Part shown: piece after piece, positions 33,785 through 43,289 of the stretch | Layout: each line of letters opens with the position of its first letter | How positions within the stretch are numbered: position 1 is the first letter of the stretch | DNA from: a virus | Taxonomy: Duplodnaviria; Caudoviricetes | Reading direction: 5' to 3' (one strand) | DNA length: 64,000 nucleotides | IMG/VR virus record: IMGVR_UViG_3300014204_000161 | Coordinates: 14,916-78,915 of that record | The notes under the pieces: model-generated | Told to the model about the DNA's origin: nothing | The model's input: the letters and a program-made list of their open reading frames with translations, nothing else | The model's database searches: none | Translations under genes and position numbers: made by a program

Positions 33785-36144
33785 CGTATTGTCGTTAATT
33801 TTCCAATTTTGAGAAATGACTCGTTTGCTTGTGGAGGAGGCTCGCTAGCATTGATTACTTCTGGCGGCATCGTATTATTTTGCCAATGTTCCATTATTCT
33901 CTGTTTGAAACCAGGTCGTTCGGCTTCTGTTAATTCTCCTGCTGCTACCATTTTGTCGAGAGTCACGTCTAATCTAGAACTCTTTTCAGCGTTCGGATCA
34001 ATTTGACCATCGTACGTTACGATGTCAGAAAAGTAAGCCTTAACCACTGGGCTTTCGCTAGCTAGAGGGTGTTGAGCATCGACGTTCGTATCCTGTTTCA
34101 GTACACTTAGAACGCCCTTCGTGTAGTTATTCAAGTTAGATTGTTCCCATTCTTCAGGATTATGTAAAGGAGTTTCAACTGTTCCTTTCTTCCAAGCCAT
34201 GTTATTCGTATCAATGATTGCTCCAACTTGACTCGATTTTACAGTGCTCAAATCCAAGCAAGGATTCTTAGAATCAGTTTTCTGTTTCAGTTCGTTAGCC
34301 GCTCTGTCAGCTTCTTGCTGGGCTTCTATGATCTTCTGGTATGTTGCCGGGTCAGAAGTCTTTAATTGATTCAAATCTTCTTGAGAAATTGCAGTTTCAT
34401 CCTGTTCCAAGATAGGAACGGTGCTAAGTATTTCTGAAATAGCTTGCGTTGCTTTTTTCATTCCGACTTGTCCAACTGTACTAGCCGCATCTCCTAGCGA
34501 ATCAGCAGAGGACACGTACTTACCGCAATCAGTTCCTTTAAGTAAGCTCTTTAATAAAAAGATTGGAAGCCTACTTTTCACGAAGCCTATGTGATATAAG
34601 CTACCGAATTTTAGGGCTTTCCCAGAAAATGATTTGAATGTATCTGCTCCTTTTATGAGAGCTTCTGGAACTTCCTTGAATAAAGTAAGAGTCTTTGCTA
34701 TTTCGGGAGAATTTTTGGAAATCAACTTAAAGAAGGCAGGATCAGCCACCATTTTTTCCATTACCTTTCCGAGTTCCTCTGGACTTCCTTTCTTTATGGC
34801 ATTTGCAAGCATTTTATCCGCGCCCTTCCAAGTTTTACCGGAAGCTAATGTTTGCATTAGTTTCTTGTTCTTGGTGATGCTAAGAAGACCTGTCTTCTTG
34901 CTTAGGATGTTTGCTACGAGGTCTTTTGCTGCATCATTGATGATCCAGTTATCTCTTACTGCTTTGTTCGTAACGTTTGGAAATAGCTTATCGAACTTTG
35001 CAGCAGAATTGGCCATAACTTCGGTTTGAAAGTCAGCGATATTTCCAGCCTTTTTTAGTATTCCTTGTTCAGCAGATGTTCTAGACATAGCTGCTTGACT
35101 TTTGTTTAGAGTACGACCTGCTTGTTTTGCTTTGAGTGCAGCTTGATCAACTGCTGCTTGTCCTACGTCTGTTGCTGCTTTCTGTACGGTCTTTTCTGCG
35201 CCTACTGCTGCTTTTCCAGAAAGAAGTTCTTTACTAGCAATGTCTGCTTCTTTTCCTAATGTCGTAAGTTTGGCAACCATGTTATCGAAAGCTGAAACTA
35301 ATTTGGTAGAATACTTTGTTAAATCGACAGCTCCACCAGTTATTTTCTTAACCGCATTGATCACGGCAGGGACGATGGACTTCATCAGCTTTGCACCGGT
35401 TTGCCCGATCCATTTAGCTACAGTAGCAAGCATATTTCCTAGCATCTTTATGACGCTTGGATTCTTTATTTGCGTTTTTGCAACGTTTGCTGCAGCAGTT
35501 CCTCCACCTGCTCTAACTAATAGACTTCCAATTTTCGCAAGAGCCTTACCGAAAGTTTTTCCAGCGATTTTTAACGGAGCAGCAAATAGAGCTCCAGTAG
35601 GAATTACTGCGACTAAATTTATGAGACCCATTAGGTACTCATTGTTGTAAAAGTAAATACCTGCATTAAGAAGGTTAGCAACGATGTCAGTCGGAATTCC
35701 TACCAATGAAGCTGGAATCAATCCTACTATGTCCAAGAAAAATTGAAATACTCCCAATGGATTGAATCTATCTTCGCTATTGGTCATCTTTTTTAAGAAC
35801 GACCATATTGAGGTTATGAGGTTTTCGTTAATTACTTTCAAGGAAGCTAACGTGGCTTCGTATGTCTTACTCTCGGTCAGAGCTACGGTTGAATAACCTG
35901 CTTGAAGAAGTCGATTTTCGTTGACTGTTATGACTTGAATTGAAGGAAAGGCACTAAGCAGATAGACTTGATGGTCATCAACCCTGTCCTGTTCGCTTTC
36001 GGACAGTTCTTTTCCTGGAAATGAAAATGTTGGAATGCGATCTAGAGCTTCCCATGGCATTTTTAGGAAAGCTTCTCTGATCGGAGCTAGAATTTGGGTA
36101 TCGTCCTGATTGAAAAACTCCTTTACTGATAATACGTGATTCAT
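33781..36144 (-). CDS. Large putative ejected protein with a pre-toxin-TG-like hydrophobic hairpin
   Basis: Leader MNHVLSVKEFFNQ; LDIVGLIP...G...DIVANLLNAGIY...E...GLINLVAVIPTG followed by a long A/K/G-rich helical region. Confidence 0.7.
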   Translation of the reverse strand: MNHVLSVKEFFNQDDTQILAPIREAFLKMPWEALDRIPTFSFPGKELSESEQDRVDDHQVYLLSAFPSIQVITVNENRLLQAGYSTVALTESKTYEATLASLKVINENLITSIWSFLKKMTNSEDRFNPLGVFQFFLDIVGLIPASLVGIPTDIVANLLNAGIYFYNNEYLMGLINLVAVIPTGALFAAPLKIAGKTFGKALAKIGSLLVRAGGGTAAANVAKTQIKNPSVIKMLGNMLATVAKWIGQTGAKLMKSIVPAVINAVKKITGGAVDLTKYSTKLVSAFDNMVAKLTTLGKEADIASKELLSGKAAVGAEKTVQKAATDVGQAAVDQAALKAKQAGRTLNKSQAAMSRTSAEQGILKKAGNIADFQTEVMANSAAKFDKLFPNVTNKAVRDNWIINDAAKDLVANILSKKTGLLSITKNKKLMQTLASGKTWKGADKMLANAIKKGSPEELGKVMEKMVADPAFFKLISKNSPEIAKTLTLFKEVPEALIKGADTFKSFSGKALKFGSLYHIGFVKSRLPIFLLKSLLKGTDCGKYVSSADSLGDAASTVGQVGMKKATQAISEILSTVPILEQDETAISQEDLNQLKTSDPATYQKIIEAQQEADRAANELKQKTDSKNPCLDLSTVKSSQVGAIIDTNNMAWKKGTVETPLHNPEEWEQSNLNNYTKGVLSVLKQDTNVDAQHPLASESPVVKAYFSDIVTYDGQIDPNAEKSSRLDVTLDKMVAAGELTEAERPGFKQRIMEHWQNNTMPPEVINASEPPPQANESFLKIGKLTTIR

Positions 36145-36186
36145 TTACAGATGAGTCATTTGTATTATTTATTAGGAGGACCCCAA

Positions 36187-37254
36187 TTAAAGTGAGCTCG
36201 CTATCTGTGATAGGATTTTGAAATAATCGGCTGGGGAACATTCTGCTAAGAACTTGCAGATTTCGAAGAACTCATCAGCTGTTTCGAATGCCATTGCTGG
36301 ATGATGTGATTTCTTGTAAGAAACAGGGATCACACCTGCGATGATTGATTCATACACTCTTGCTGGAGTGAAGTTCTTTTCAATGTACAGGTCCTTGCTC
36401 ACGTTGACTGATACCAGGGATGATTGTAGCATTGCCCAAATAGCTTCACGATTGGATCTCGGAACCAATTCAACTCTTGGCATCTTTTCGATCCAATCCT
36501 TGAGGTACGGAGTTTCCTTAGCGGCTACCGTCATTTTGAAAGTTGACTGATCGAACATGAAAACGTCGTTCGTACGTTCGATGATCTCATTGATGATTGG
36601 ATTCTTGTAGTGGCCCTGCTTGTAATTTTCGAAGGAAAGGTTTCCGTAGTAAATGATATTTAGACCCTTTTTTGTTGCTCCTTTTTGGTTGACTTCCATG
36701 CACGAGGCAAGGAATTTCTGACCTATTCCAGGAACGTCAATCGATGGAACGATGACAGGTATTTTAAGCTTGAAGATTCTTTCGAGAAATTGTGGGCTCA
36801 ATGACATGTCTGTATCGACAATGATGATGTCCGCTGGAGCATAGCCATTCGACAGAGCGTACTGAATTATGGTTTCAAATCGGTACGCATCGGTGATTTT
36901 CTTTTCGAGTGTTGAGAGATTTCTGAACCTGGCCTTTAAGAAGAGCTTTTGATATACTTTATTGCTGATGTTCTTGAGAACTTCTGAATAAGTCATTCGG
37001 TATTTGTCAATGAGGCGATCAGTATGTGTGGTAAAAATCTGACCGTAAATGCCATCTGGGAATTTTGGTCGGCTGTCAGGTACTGATTCGATGTCCAAAT
37101 AATTGTAGAAATCGAAATTTTCGAATTGATACTTTTCAGCGAGTGCATCCAGTAAACCTACTTGGTAGAATGAATGACCTGGAATATTATTGTTGAAGTA
37201 ACCGAGCTCACCAAAGTAAGTGTATAAGCATTTAGTCTTGTCAAGTTCAAGCAT
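36187..37254 (-). CDS. Putative GT-B glycosyltransferase (T4 beta-glucosyltransferase or CgeB-like)
   Basis: IIYYGNLSF and NFTPARVYESIIAGVIPV resemble GT-B C-terminal motifs. Confidence 0.5.
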   Translation of the reverse strand: MLELDKTKCLYTYFGELGYFNNNIPGHSFYQVGLLDALAEKYQFENFDFYNYLDIESVPDSRPKFPDGIYGQIFTTHTDRLIDKYRMTYSEVLKNISNKVYQKLFLKARFRNLSTLEKKITDAYRFETIIQYALSNGYAPADIIIVDTDMSLSPQFLERIFKLKIPVIVPSIDVPGIGQKFLASCMEVNQKGATKKGLNIIYYGNLSFENYKQGHYKNPIINEIIERTNDVFMFDQSTFKMTVAAKETPYLKDWIEKMPRVELVPRSNREAIWAMLQSSLVSVNVSKDLYIEKNFTPARVYESIIAGVIPVSYKKSHHPAMAFETADEFFEICKFLAECSPADYFKILSQIASSL

Positions 37255-37498
37255 TTGTATTATGATTTTTCTGATGAAACTTCTTTTCTGGAAACATTCG
37301 TCCTGCTAAAAACATGTTTACTAAGCCCTTTTGTAAAAACTTATGCTGAGTTTCATCAGTCACCTGTGCTCTAGTAAGAATGTCATCTGCAATTGAATAG
37401 AGTATAGTGAACTCGGCAGCTTCTCCAGTTACCTGTGGTGCCAATTCAAAAATTAAGTGTCGAACTCGTTCAACTATTCCAAGTAAATCATTTTCCAT
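37247..37498 (-). CDS. Hypothetical protein
   Basis: 83-aa ORF in an operon. Confidence 0.6.
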   Translation of the reverse strand: MENDLLGIVERVRHLIFELAPQVTGEAAEFTILYSIADDILTRAQVTDETQHKFLQKGLVNMFLAGRMFPEKKFHQKNHNTNA

Positions 37499-37502
37499 TC
37501 TA

Positions 37503-38303
37503 TCAGATATTTTTGAAAGCAGCGAAGTGAGTAATGAAATGCTTGTGATTCGCAGCTCTTGTGTTAACGTACACCCTTTCGAAATTATCGGTCATGATCT
37601 GCATGATTTCGGCAAATTTCGATTCGCGATTCTCAAGAAGCCAGCTGTAATGGAAATGGTACTCGACAATGATGAGCTTGATGTTGCTCCAATCGCGTAC
37701 GGCTTTGATAGTTTCGTATTCCATTCCTTCGATGTCCATCTTCACGCAATTGACCTTCTTTAGAACATCATTTATGTTCTCGGCTGGAACGACCATAATT
37801 TCACGGCCTTTGACCGGATGCACACTATGTTTTCCGGAATCGTGGGAAAGGAAGAATTCAACATTTGGAGAATCGTCCACAACGATTGCTTTTTCGACCA
37901 ATTCGCAACGACCTTCAACTCCATTCATTTCTAAATTCTGCTGTGCGAACTCGATGTTGTTATGGAAAGGTTCGTATGCGTACACCTTACGAATACGTGG
38001 AAATTGGGTCAGCATTCTGACTGCGAATATTCCGATGTGAGCACCCGCGTCCAACCAAGTATCTTCCTGATTGAGATCTTCTAGGGTCAATGATGGAAAC
38101 CCCTGAGCATAATGAGGTATGAAGAGAGGTTTGAAGTACTCTCCACTAGTTGGCTTGATTGAAATATTCTGTGAAATGTTGAACTTGATCTCTTCATCCG
38201 ATCTTACGAGAAAGCGATAGTCATGATATTTAGTACGTTTTTCGTACACTTGGAGAGTTCCTGCTAGTCTAGCCTCCTCTATTGAGCATAATACGTCCGC
38301 CAT
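37503..38303 (-). CDS. FkbM-family SAM-dependent methyltransferase
   Basis: WLDAGAHIGIFA, YAYEP...N, VKMDIEGMEY; GTAGTATAAT promoter at 38325-38334. Confidence 0.9.
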   Translation of the reverse strand: MADVLCSIEEARLAGTLQVYEKRTKYHDYRFLVRSDEEIKFNISQNISIKPTSGEYFKPLFIPHYAQGFPSLTLEDLNQEDTWLDAGAHIGIFAVRMLTQFPRIRKVYAYEPFHNNIEFAQQNLEMNGVEGRCELVEKAIVVDDSPNVEFFLSHDSGKHSVHPVKGREIMVVPAENINDVLKKVNCVKMDIEGMEYETIKAVRDWSNIKLIIVEYHFHYSWLLENRESKFAEIMQIMTDNFERVYVNTRAANHKHFITHFAAFKNI

Positions 38304-38336
38304 TACAAATAGGTCTTTAGGACTATTATACTACAT

Positions 38337-38633
38337 TTACTTGTCTGGATCTAAGTCGAACGGTGTTCCCTTGATATTTACCTCGCTTTTGTTCTCTGGG
38401 TTGACTCCAGATTCTTGGTACTTGTCATCTTTTGGCTTTTCTACCTCCTTGATGTCTGTTGCTTTGACTGGAATTGCTCGGTTATCACTAGTCATAATCT
38501 GATACTCATGGTCCATTGGGTCAACGCCAATGATCGTTCCAGATTTTCCGTCTTTAAGGATTACTTTCTGACCAGCTTTGTATTTCGAAGTCTTTGGATG
38601 AACTAAGGTTATGTCCTCAGCTTCATTTAGACT
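38337..38633 (-). CDS. -1 frameshift extension (98 aa, SH3/KOW-like) of the 38627-40165 protein
   Basis: Open -1 frame starting at the A9 run: SLNEAEDITLVHPKTSKYKAGQKVILKDGKSGTIIGVD...; no start codon at its 5' end; missed by the ORF track. Confidence 0.75.
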   Translation of the reverse strand, partial: SLNEAEDITLVHPKTSKYKAGQKVILKDGKSGTIIGVDPMDHEYQIMTSDNRAIPVKATDIKEVEKPKDDKYQESGVNPENKSEVNIKGTPFDLDPDK

Positions 38634-40165
38634 TTTTTTTTGCTTTGGTCAAGTGTGATGTAATGATTCTTGAGATCAACGATGTTCTTTTCGATCGCGC
38701 TCTTAAGGTCTCCTAATTGAACTTGGTATTCAGCAGTAAGAGTCTCGTCAGTCAATGCTTCTTCGAGTTGTTTAACTGAACCTTCCAGTTTTTCGAGGTC
38801 CTTATTGATTAGAGCTTTTTCTTCGTCGATATGCTTGATCGTCATGTCACGTTCTTCTAGCTGAATTGCATAGAGTTCGCTAACATCATAGTTGAAGTTC
38901 TCCATTACGTAACTGTGGAAAGCCAGTCCGTGCATTTTCTTTATGACTCTGGTGTTTCCAAGTTTTTCGAAAACTAACTGCTGATCACCTACTGTGAAAA
39001 CGATTGCATCTTTATCGAGGCGTTCGTTGATGATACGCTTAGCGAATTCGAGGTTTCCGATAAGTTCGAGGCCGTTGAACACCTTCACTAAGTTAGCTCT
39101 GATGTCAACTTGTTCCATCATGAACACTTGAGCAAGGTCGATCTTCGTGAGGTCTTCGATCGTTTTGTTGTTTATCTTGAGCTGTAGGTTGTTTGCTTCG
39201 TTGATTGCGAAAGCAATTTCGAGGTTCCTACCACGGCAGAAAATTTCGTTGTTTCTTTCCTGGAAATTCAATCTTGCGAAAGCTTCGCACAGTGCATAGA
39301 ATTCCGGATACTTCTGAGCTTCTTCTACTGGAACGGAAACGGGATCCTGATCTTCAGTTAACTTAACGAATGCATTGTCAATCAGAACGATTGCAGAAGA
39401 TTCATCTAACTTGAAGAAAGGAGCGATTACCGGCTTAACTTTTACTTCAGAATTTCCAAGGCCAATGTTGAACTTACCCTGAGTCTTAGCTTCTACCATG
39501 CTCAAGGTATTGACTAATCTTTTTACCACAGGCATTTCAACGTGACCACGCATCTTCATTTTGATGGTATCAGATTCAAACTGCTGCGCAAGAAGAGTTT
39601 CTTCAAGAATAGCAATAGGTTCCTTGTACATCATTCCGCTGGTCTGACGCATTTCGAAAATAGCGTTCATGATTTCCAGCTTTGCTCTGTTTTCGTTCAC
39701 GTATTTGGTCAAGTCAGTTAGAACCTGAGCAACTTCTGGCGAATACGAGTACGGGTTGAGTGCTTCATACACCTGGCCAATTGCCCTGAATTCAGGAACG
39801 TTATTGAGCAAGTTATCGATTCCGTTCAGAATGTGAGTGAAAGTAGGATCTTTTGCGACGTTAGCTTCTTTGAGCATGGTCATCTTCATCTTAATCCCAG
39901 CTTCTTTTGCCATGTTCTGAAGACGTTTGGTTGGTTTTTCAGCTAATTTTCTGAAATTCGCAACAACTTCCTTTAGGTCCTCGTTAACCATAGCAGTAGC
40001 GAGATCGTCCAGATTGGTTAGAGCAGTTTCCAATATTTGGTCGGACGGAACTCCAAGGAGAGTGGAATTGTTAATCGATTCGAGTATTACTCGTACGACT
40101 GCACTATCCTTAAGTTTAGGATTAGTTTTGAGCTCGGTTGTTAAATCTTGTATTAGGCCGTTCAT
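38627..40165 (-). CDS. Putative prohead core/scaffold-like protein
   Basis: 512 aa, helical; many (I/L/V)xE motifs (ILES, ILET, VNED, LKEA, INEA) of the T4 gp21-cleavage type; late promoter upstream. Confidence 0.6.
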   Translation of the reverse strand: MNGLIQDLTTELKTNPKLKDSAVVRVILESINNSTLLGVPSDQILETALTNLDDLATAMVNEDLKEVVANFRKLAEKPTKRLQNMAKEAGIKMKMTMLKEANVAKDPTFTHILNGIDNLLNNVPEFRAIGQVYEALNPYSYSPEVAQVLTDLTKYVNENRAKLEIMNAIFEMRQTSGMMYKEPIAILEETLLAQQFESDTIKMKMRGHVEMPVVKRLVNTLSMVEAKTQGKFNIGLGNSEVKVKPVIAPFFKLDESSAIVLIDNAFVKLTEDQDPVSVPVEEAQKYPEFYALCEAFARLNFQERNNEIFCRGRNLEIAFAINEANNLQLKINNKTIEDLTKIDLAQVFMMEQVDIRANLVKVFNGLELIGNLEFAKRIINERLDKDAIVFTVGDQQLVFEKLGNTRVIKKMHGLAFHSYVMENFNYDVSELYAIQLEERDMTIKHIDEEKALINKDLEKLEGSVKQLEEALTDETLTAEYQVQLGDLKSAIEKNIVDLKNHYITLDQSKKKV

Positions 40166-40222
40166 TCAATTAGCTATCTTTTTTTATTTATTAGCACTGA
40201 GTACGCTAACTTTATTTATCCT

Positions 40223-42193
40223 TTAATCCTGCGCAGTTTGTTGAGAGGCAGGAGGTTTGGTAGCGACTGTCGAATTTATGGTTTTTGCAGTCTGATTCTG
40301 AGTATTTTCTTTAACAGCTATGCCATCGATCTTTTTCGTCACGAGTCCTTCGTTTTCTTTCGTTAAATTAGTCACCTTTTCCTTCAATCCGGAAATTGTC
40401 TTGTCCTTCTTTGCTGAGATCTCTGCATCCTGCTTGGAAGTAAGAACGCTGTTGTAATTCGCAGATGAAATCCATGTCCCAGTGTAGAACAGAGTTTCAG
40501 TTCCGTCAGTTTTTGATACTAGAGTCAGCATGAATAAGTTATCATTAGTCATCTGGAGAATCTGCAGAGCAGTTTCCTTTGGAATTCTGAATGCAACTTC
40601 TCCTCGGCTAGGACTCGTTAAGGTAGGGTCTATCAAGGAATCGAACGTGAATTTCGAAGTTTGGCCGAAATTCAGCTTGAAAACGGAACCGTTGTTCAAG
40701 TCGATTCGTTTCTGGTTCGTAGAATCTACCGGGTTCGCTTCGTAGGCCGTGAACTTTACGAAATTATCTACTGGGTCGATTGGCAGAATCAATCTACCTT
40801 GCCCATAAACGACAGAATCGGTTTCGTTTCCAATCTTGTTCAAAGCATTACCGTGGCTCAACATTATGTCCATCTGCTTGATAGGCACGTATTCCTGAAT
40901 CACCACCTTCTTGATTACTTTTTCGATTATTGGAACCGGCGGAACTGGAGTAACCGTGACCTGCGTTGATTTTGGAGCGAACAGGTTGGAAATTTCGAAG
41001 TTCTTCTGGACGATCTTGTTGTATACTTTCATTGACTGCGGACCTTCCGGGAGGTTGATCTTCGTCAATTTCTTTCCGTACTTATTTGGATTTATGACGC
41101 TTAACGAAGCGGTCTTTATGACCTGATCTCCATTGAGAGTATTCATTAGTCTCAATGTGTAATCTATTGACATTGAAACTGCAAATCCTGCTTCTTTTAG
41201 GATTGGTCGATAGGTAAGAACTTCATCGAATTTATCGTCCTGGTAAATTATAGCATTGCCAGTTGGGTAAAGAGTTGAACCGATTTGCTCGTAAACTTGT
41301 AATTGATGTGAGAATATCCAGTTTTGGTCAGATCCGCTTTCGTTCAATGATGCGATTAGTGAATCAGGAAATGCTCCATTCCATGTAGCAAAGAATTCGA
41401 TGTAATCTCCATCTGCTGCTTCCGCTATTTGACAACCAAGAGCATCGAACTTATTTACTTGAGCAACTGACCCCTCATAGTAGTTGACGAACTTGTAACG
41501 ATCGTAGGTAACATTGTTCGGAGCATTGTACTCTTCGTAATTAGCTTCAGCCAAGAAGACAGTTACTGGTGCGTTCTTGATGAATCCAACGCCATTAGTG
41601 ATAGCGTATTCGAGTGAGGCTGACCCAAATTGATCGAAATCTGCATCCATCCGTGGAATTGCTGGGATTTTTACGTCAATGTATCGATCGTAAATGGTAT
41701 TCGCAATGAATAACGGATGATTGTTGTAAGTCAATAGGTCGAGGGAAGTTGCGGCATCTAACAGTATCGTAGCTAACTGAATCTGCTTGAGATCGTTCAT
41801 CTTGTGCTTTGCACCAACGACAACGTTCTCGACTTCCGTAAAATTGAAACCTGAAGCAAAATGGAAACGCAGAGTGTCCATCACCAAGTTTGCGCTTAAC
41901 GATGGACTTAATTCTGTTTCCGTGATGTTAGGGTCGTAATCCGTGTAAATTGGAACGAGGGTTGTGTCAACGTAAATGACCTTTGACCCACCAAGAGACA
42001 CGACGCTCAGGTTCCTTGAGTTATGAGTGGTAGCTGAAAACCCATCAGTATTGTAAATTTGAGCAGTATTGACATTTTTGTTGTCCACCAAGTAGAATTC
42101 GGTCGACAATACCGTTGGAGACGGATCGCCAAGCGGATTGGCCCGGTACTCAAGGATACAATAGCTAGAAAGGTTTACGAAGCTAGAATTCAT
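40223..42193 (-). CDS. Virion structural protein (656 aa)
   Basis: Long beta-rich ORF in the late structural operon. Confidence 0.65.
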   Translation of the reverse strand: MNSSFVNLSSYCILEYRANPLGDPSPTVLSTEFYLVDNKNVNTAQIYNTDGFSATTHNSRNLSVVSLGGSKVIYVDTTLVPIYTDYDPNITETELSPSLSANLVMDTLRFHFASGFNFTEVENVVVGAKHKMNDLKQIQLATILLDAATSLDLLTYNNHPLFIANTIYDRYIDVKIPAIPRMDADFDQFGSASLEYAITNGVGFIKNAPVTVFLAEANYEEYNAPNNVTYDRYKFVNYYEGSVAQVNKFDALGCQIAEAADGDYIEFFATWNGAFPDSLIASLNESGSDQNWIFSHQLQVYEQIGSTLYPTGNAIIYQDDKFDEVLTYRPILKEAGFAVSMSIDYTLRLMNTLNGDQVIKTASLSVINPNKYGKKLTKINLPEGPQSMKVYNKIVQKNFEISNLFAPKSTQVTVTPVPPVPIIEKVIKKVVIQEYVPIKQMDIMLSHGNALNKIGNETDSVVYGQGRLILPIDPVDNFVKFTAYEANPVDSTNQKRIDLNNGSVFKLNFGQTSKFTFDSLIDPTLTSPSRGEVAFRIPKETALQILQMTNDNLFMLTLVSKTDGTETLFYTGTWISSANYNSVLTSKQDAEISAKKDKTISGLKEKVTNLTKENEGLVTKKIDGIAVKENTQNQTAKTINSTVATKPPASQQTAQD

Positions 42194-42194
42194 T

Positions 42195-43016
42195 TCATTT
42201 GTTGTGTATTTTAATTGTTAGCCACCTAGGTGACAGGTACGCCGCCACGCCGAGGTACGGCAAAAGCTGCGGTTGTTTTTCTAGAGTAGCCCCATATCCC
42301 ACCACGAATGCCAAACCTAAGTACATTGATGGTTTCTTATTGAGCTCTTCCTCTATTTTTGTTATTCCTCCCAAGCTTACTTTTGCTGGGAATGCAGTTC
42401 GAGAAGTTACGCTGGCCATTCCAGTTTTCTTATCTCTACTTACTCCAAGTTCAAGTCCCAATCCTACAGTTGTAGTCAGATCAACCTTACCTGCTGTTAT
42501 CTTATTGTCTTTTATCGAAGTCACAACACATCCGTTCACCGAGTAATAGTTCAATGAGTCGTATTTTTTCCCAACGTCGATGACTACTGTTGAATCGTTT
42601 AGTATGTAACTTCCCTGTCCAGCAATCCTATCCTTAAGGTACTGAATCATTTGATCCTTAAGAACGATTTGAGCAGTTAAGTATGCTATGAGATCCTGAT
42701 TCTTTGCATCCTTACCGAGCAAGCTCTTGTATTTAGCATTGATGTCAGAGTACTGATTCTTCAGCATGTCGTTTGTTGCAGTCAGAACTGAAATTTCGGA
42801 CATACTATTACCTGCTTTATCCTTCCAATAACGCATGGTGTCATTTGCCACCTTCAAATTATTCGAAAGAATTGATTCTGTTTGTTTTAGCTTCTGGTTT
42901 TCTCTTGCCAGATCATCATTCTTGCTGCACTGCTGCAAGGAAAAGAGTACGAGTATCACGATTATTCCCAACGCGATGAACTTGGAGTACTTATTGAACC
43001 ATTGTAATGCTTTCAT
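42195..43016 (-). CDS. Membrane-anchored or lipoprotein coiled-coil protein (spanin-like candidate)
   Basis: N-terminal hydrophobic helix ending SLQQC, coiled coil, C-terminal amphipathic beta-hairpin. Confidence 0.55.
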   Translation of the reverse strand: MKALQWFNKYSKFIALGIIVILVLFSLQQCSKNDDLARENQKLKQTESILSNNLKVANDTMRYWKDKAGNSMSEISVLTATNDMLKNQYSDINAKYKSLLGKDAKNQDLIAYLTAQIVLKDQMIQYLKDRIAGQGSYILNDSTVVIDVGKKYDSLNYYSVNGCVVTSIKDNKITAGKVDLTTTVGLGLELGVSRDKKTGMASVTSRTAFPAKVSLGGITKIEEELNKKPSMYLGLAFVVGYGATLEKQPQLLPYLGVAAYLSPRWLTIKIHNK

Positions 43017-43037
43017 TTCGATGTGTGTTTAGTGGTT

Positions 43038-43289
43038 TTATACTTGCTTTTGCCCTTCAGGTTCAGAATTCATTGCCTGCATCAATGCATAGAAGTCCGG
43101 GCTTTCTCCAGTTTCGCTCTTTATTTTATCTATTAGGGTTCTCTCTTCTTCCCTTACCTTCATGAGTTCCAATTCGATTTGCTGTTTTCTAAGCAATAAC
43201 AATTTGGTCTGTTCTTCGAGGAGTTTCATGTCCTTGGCGATCTTCGCGTACTTGTCAACGATGATCTTTGCTTCATTTGTGTATTTCAT
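43038..43289 (-). CDS. Small coiled-coil protein
   Basis: 83-aa heptad-rich ORF. Confidence 0.7.
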   Translation of the reverse strand: MKYTNEAKIIVDKYAKIAKDMKLLEEQTKLLLLRKQQIELELMKVREEERTLIDKIKSETGESPDFYALMQAMNSEPEGQKQV

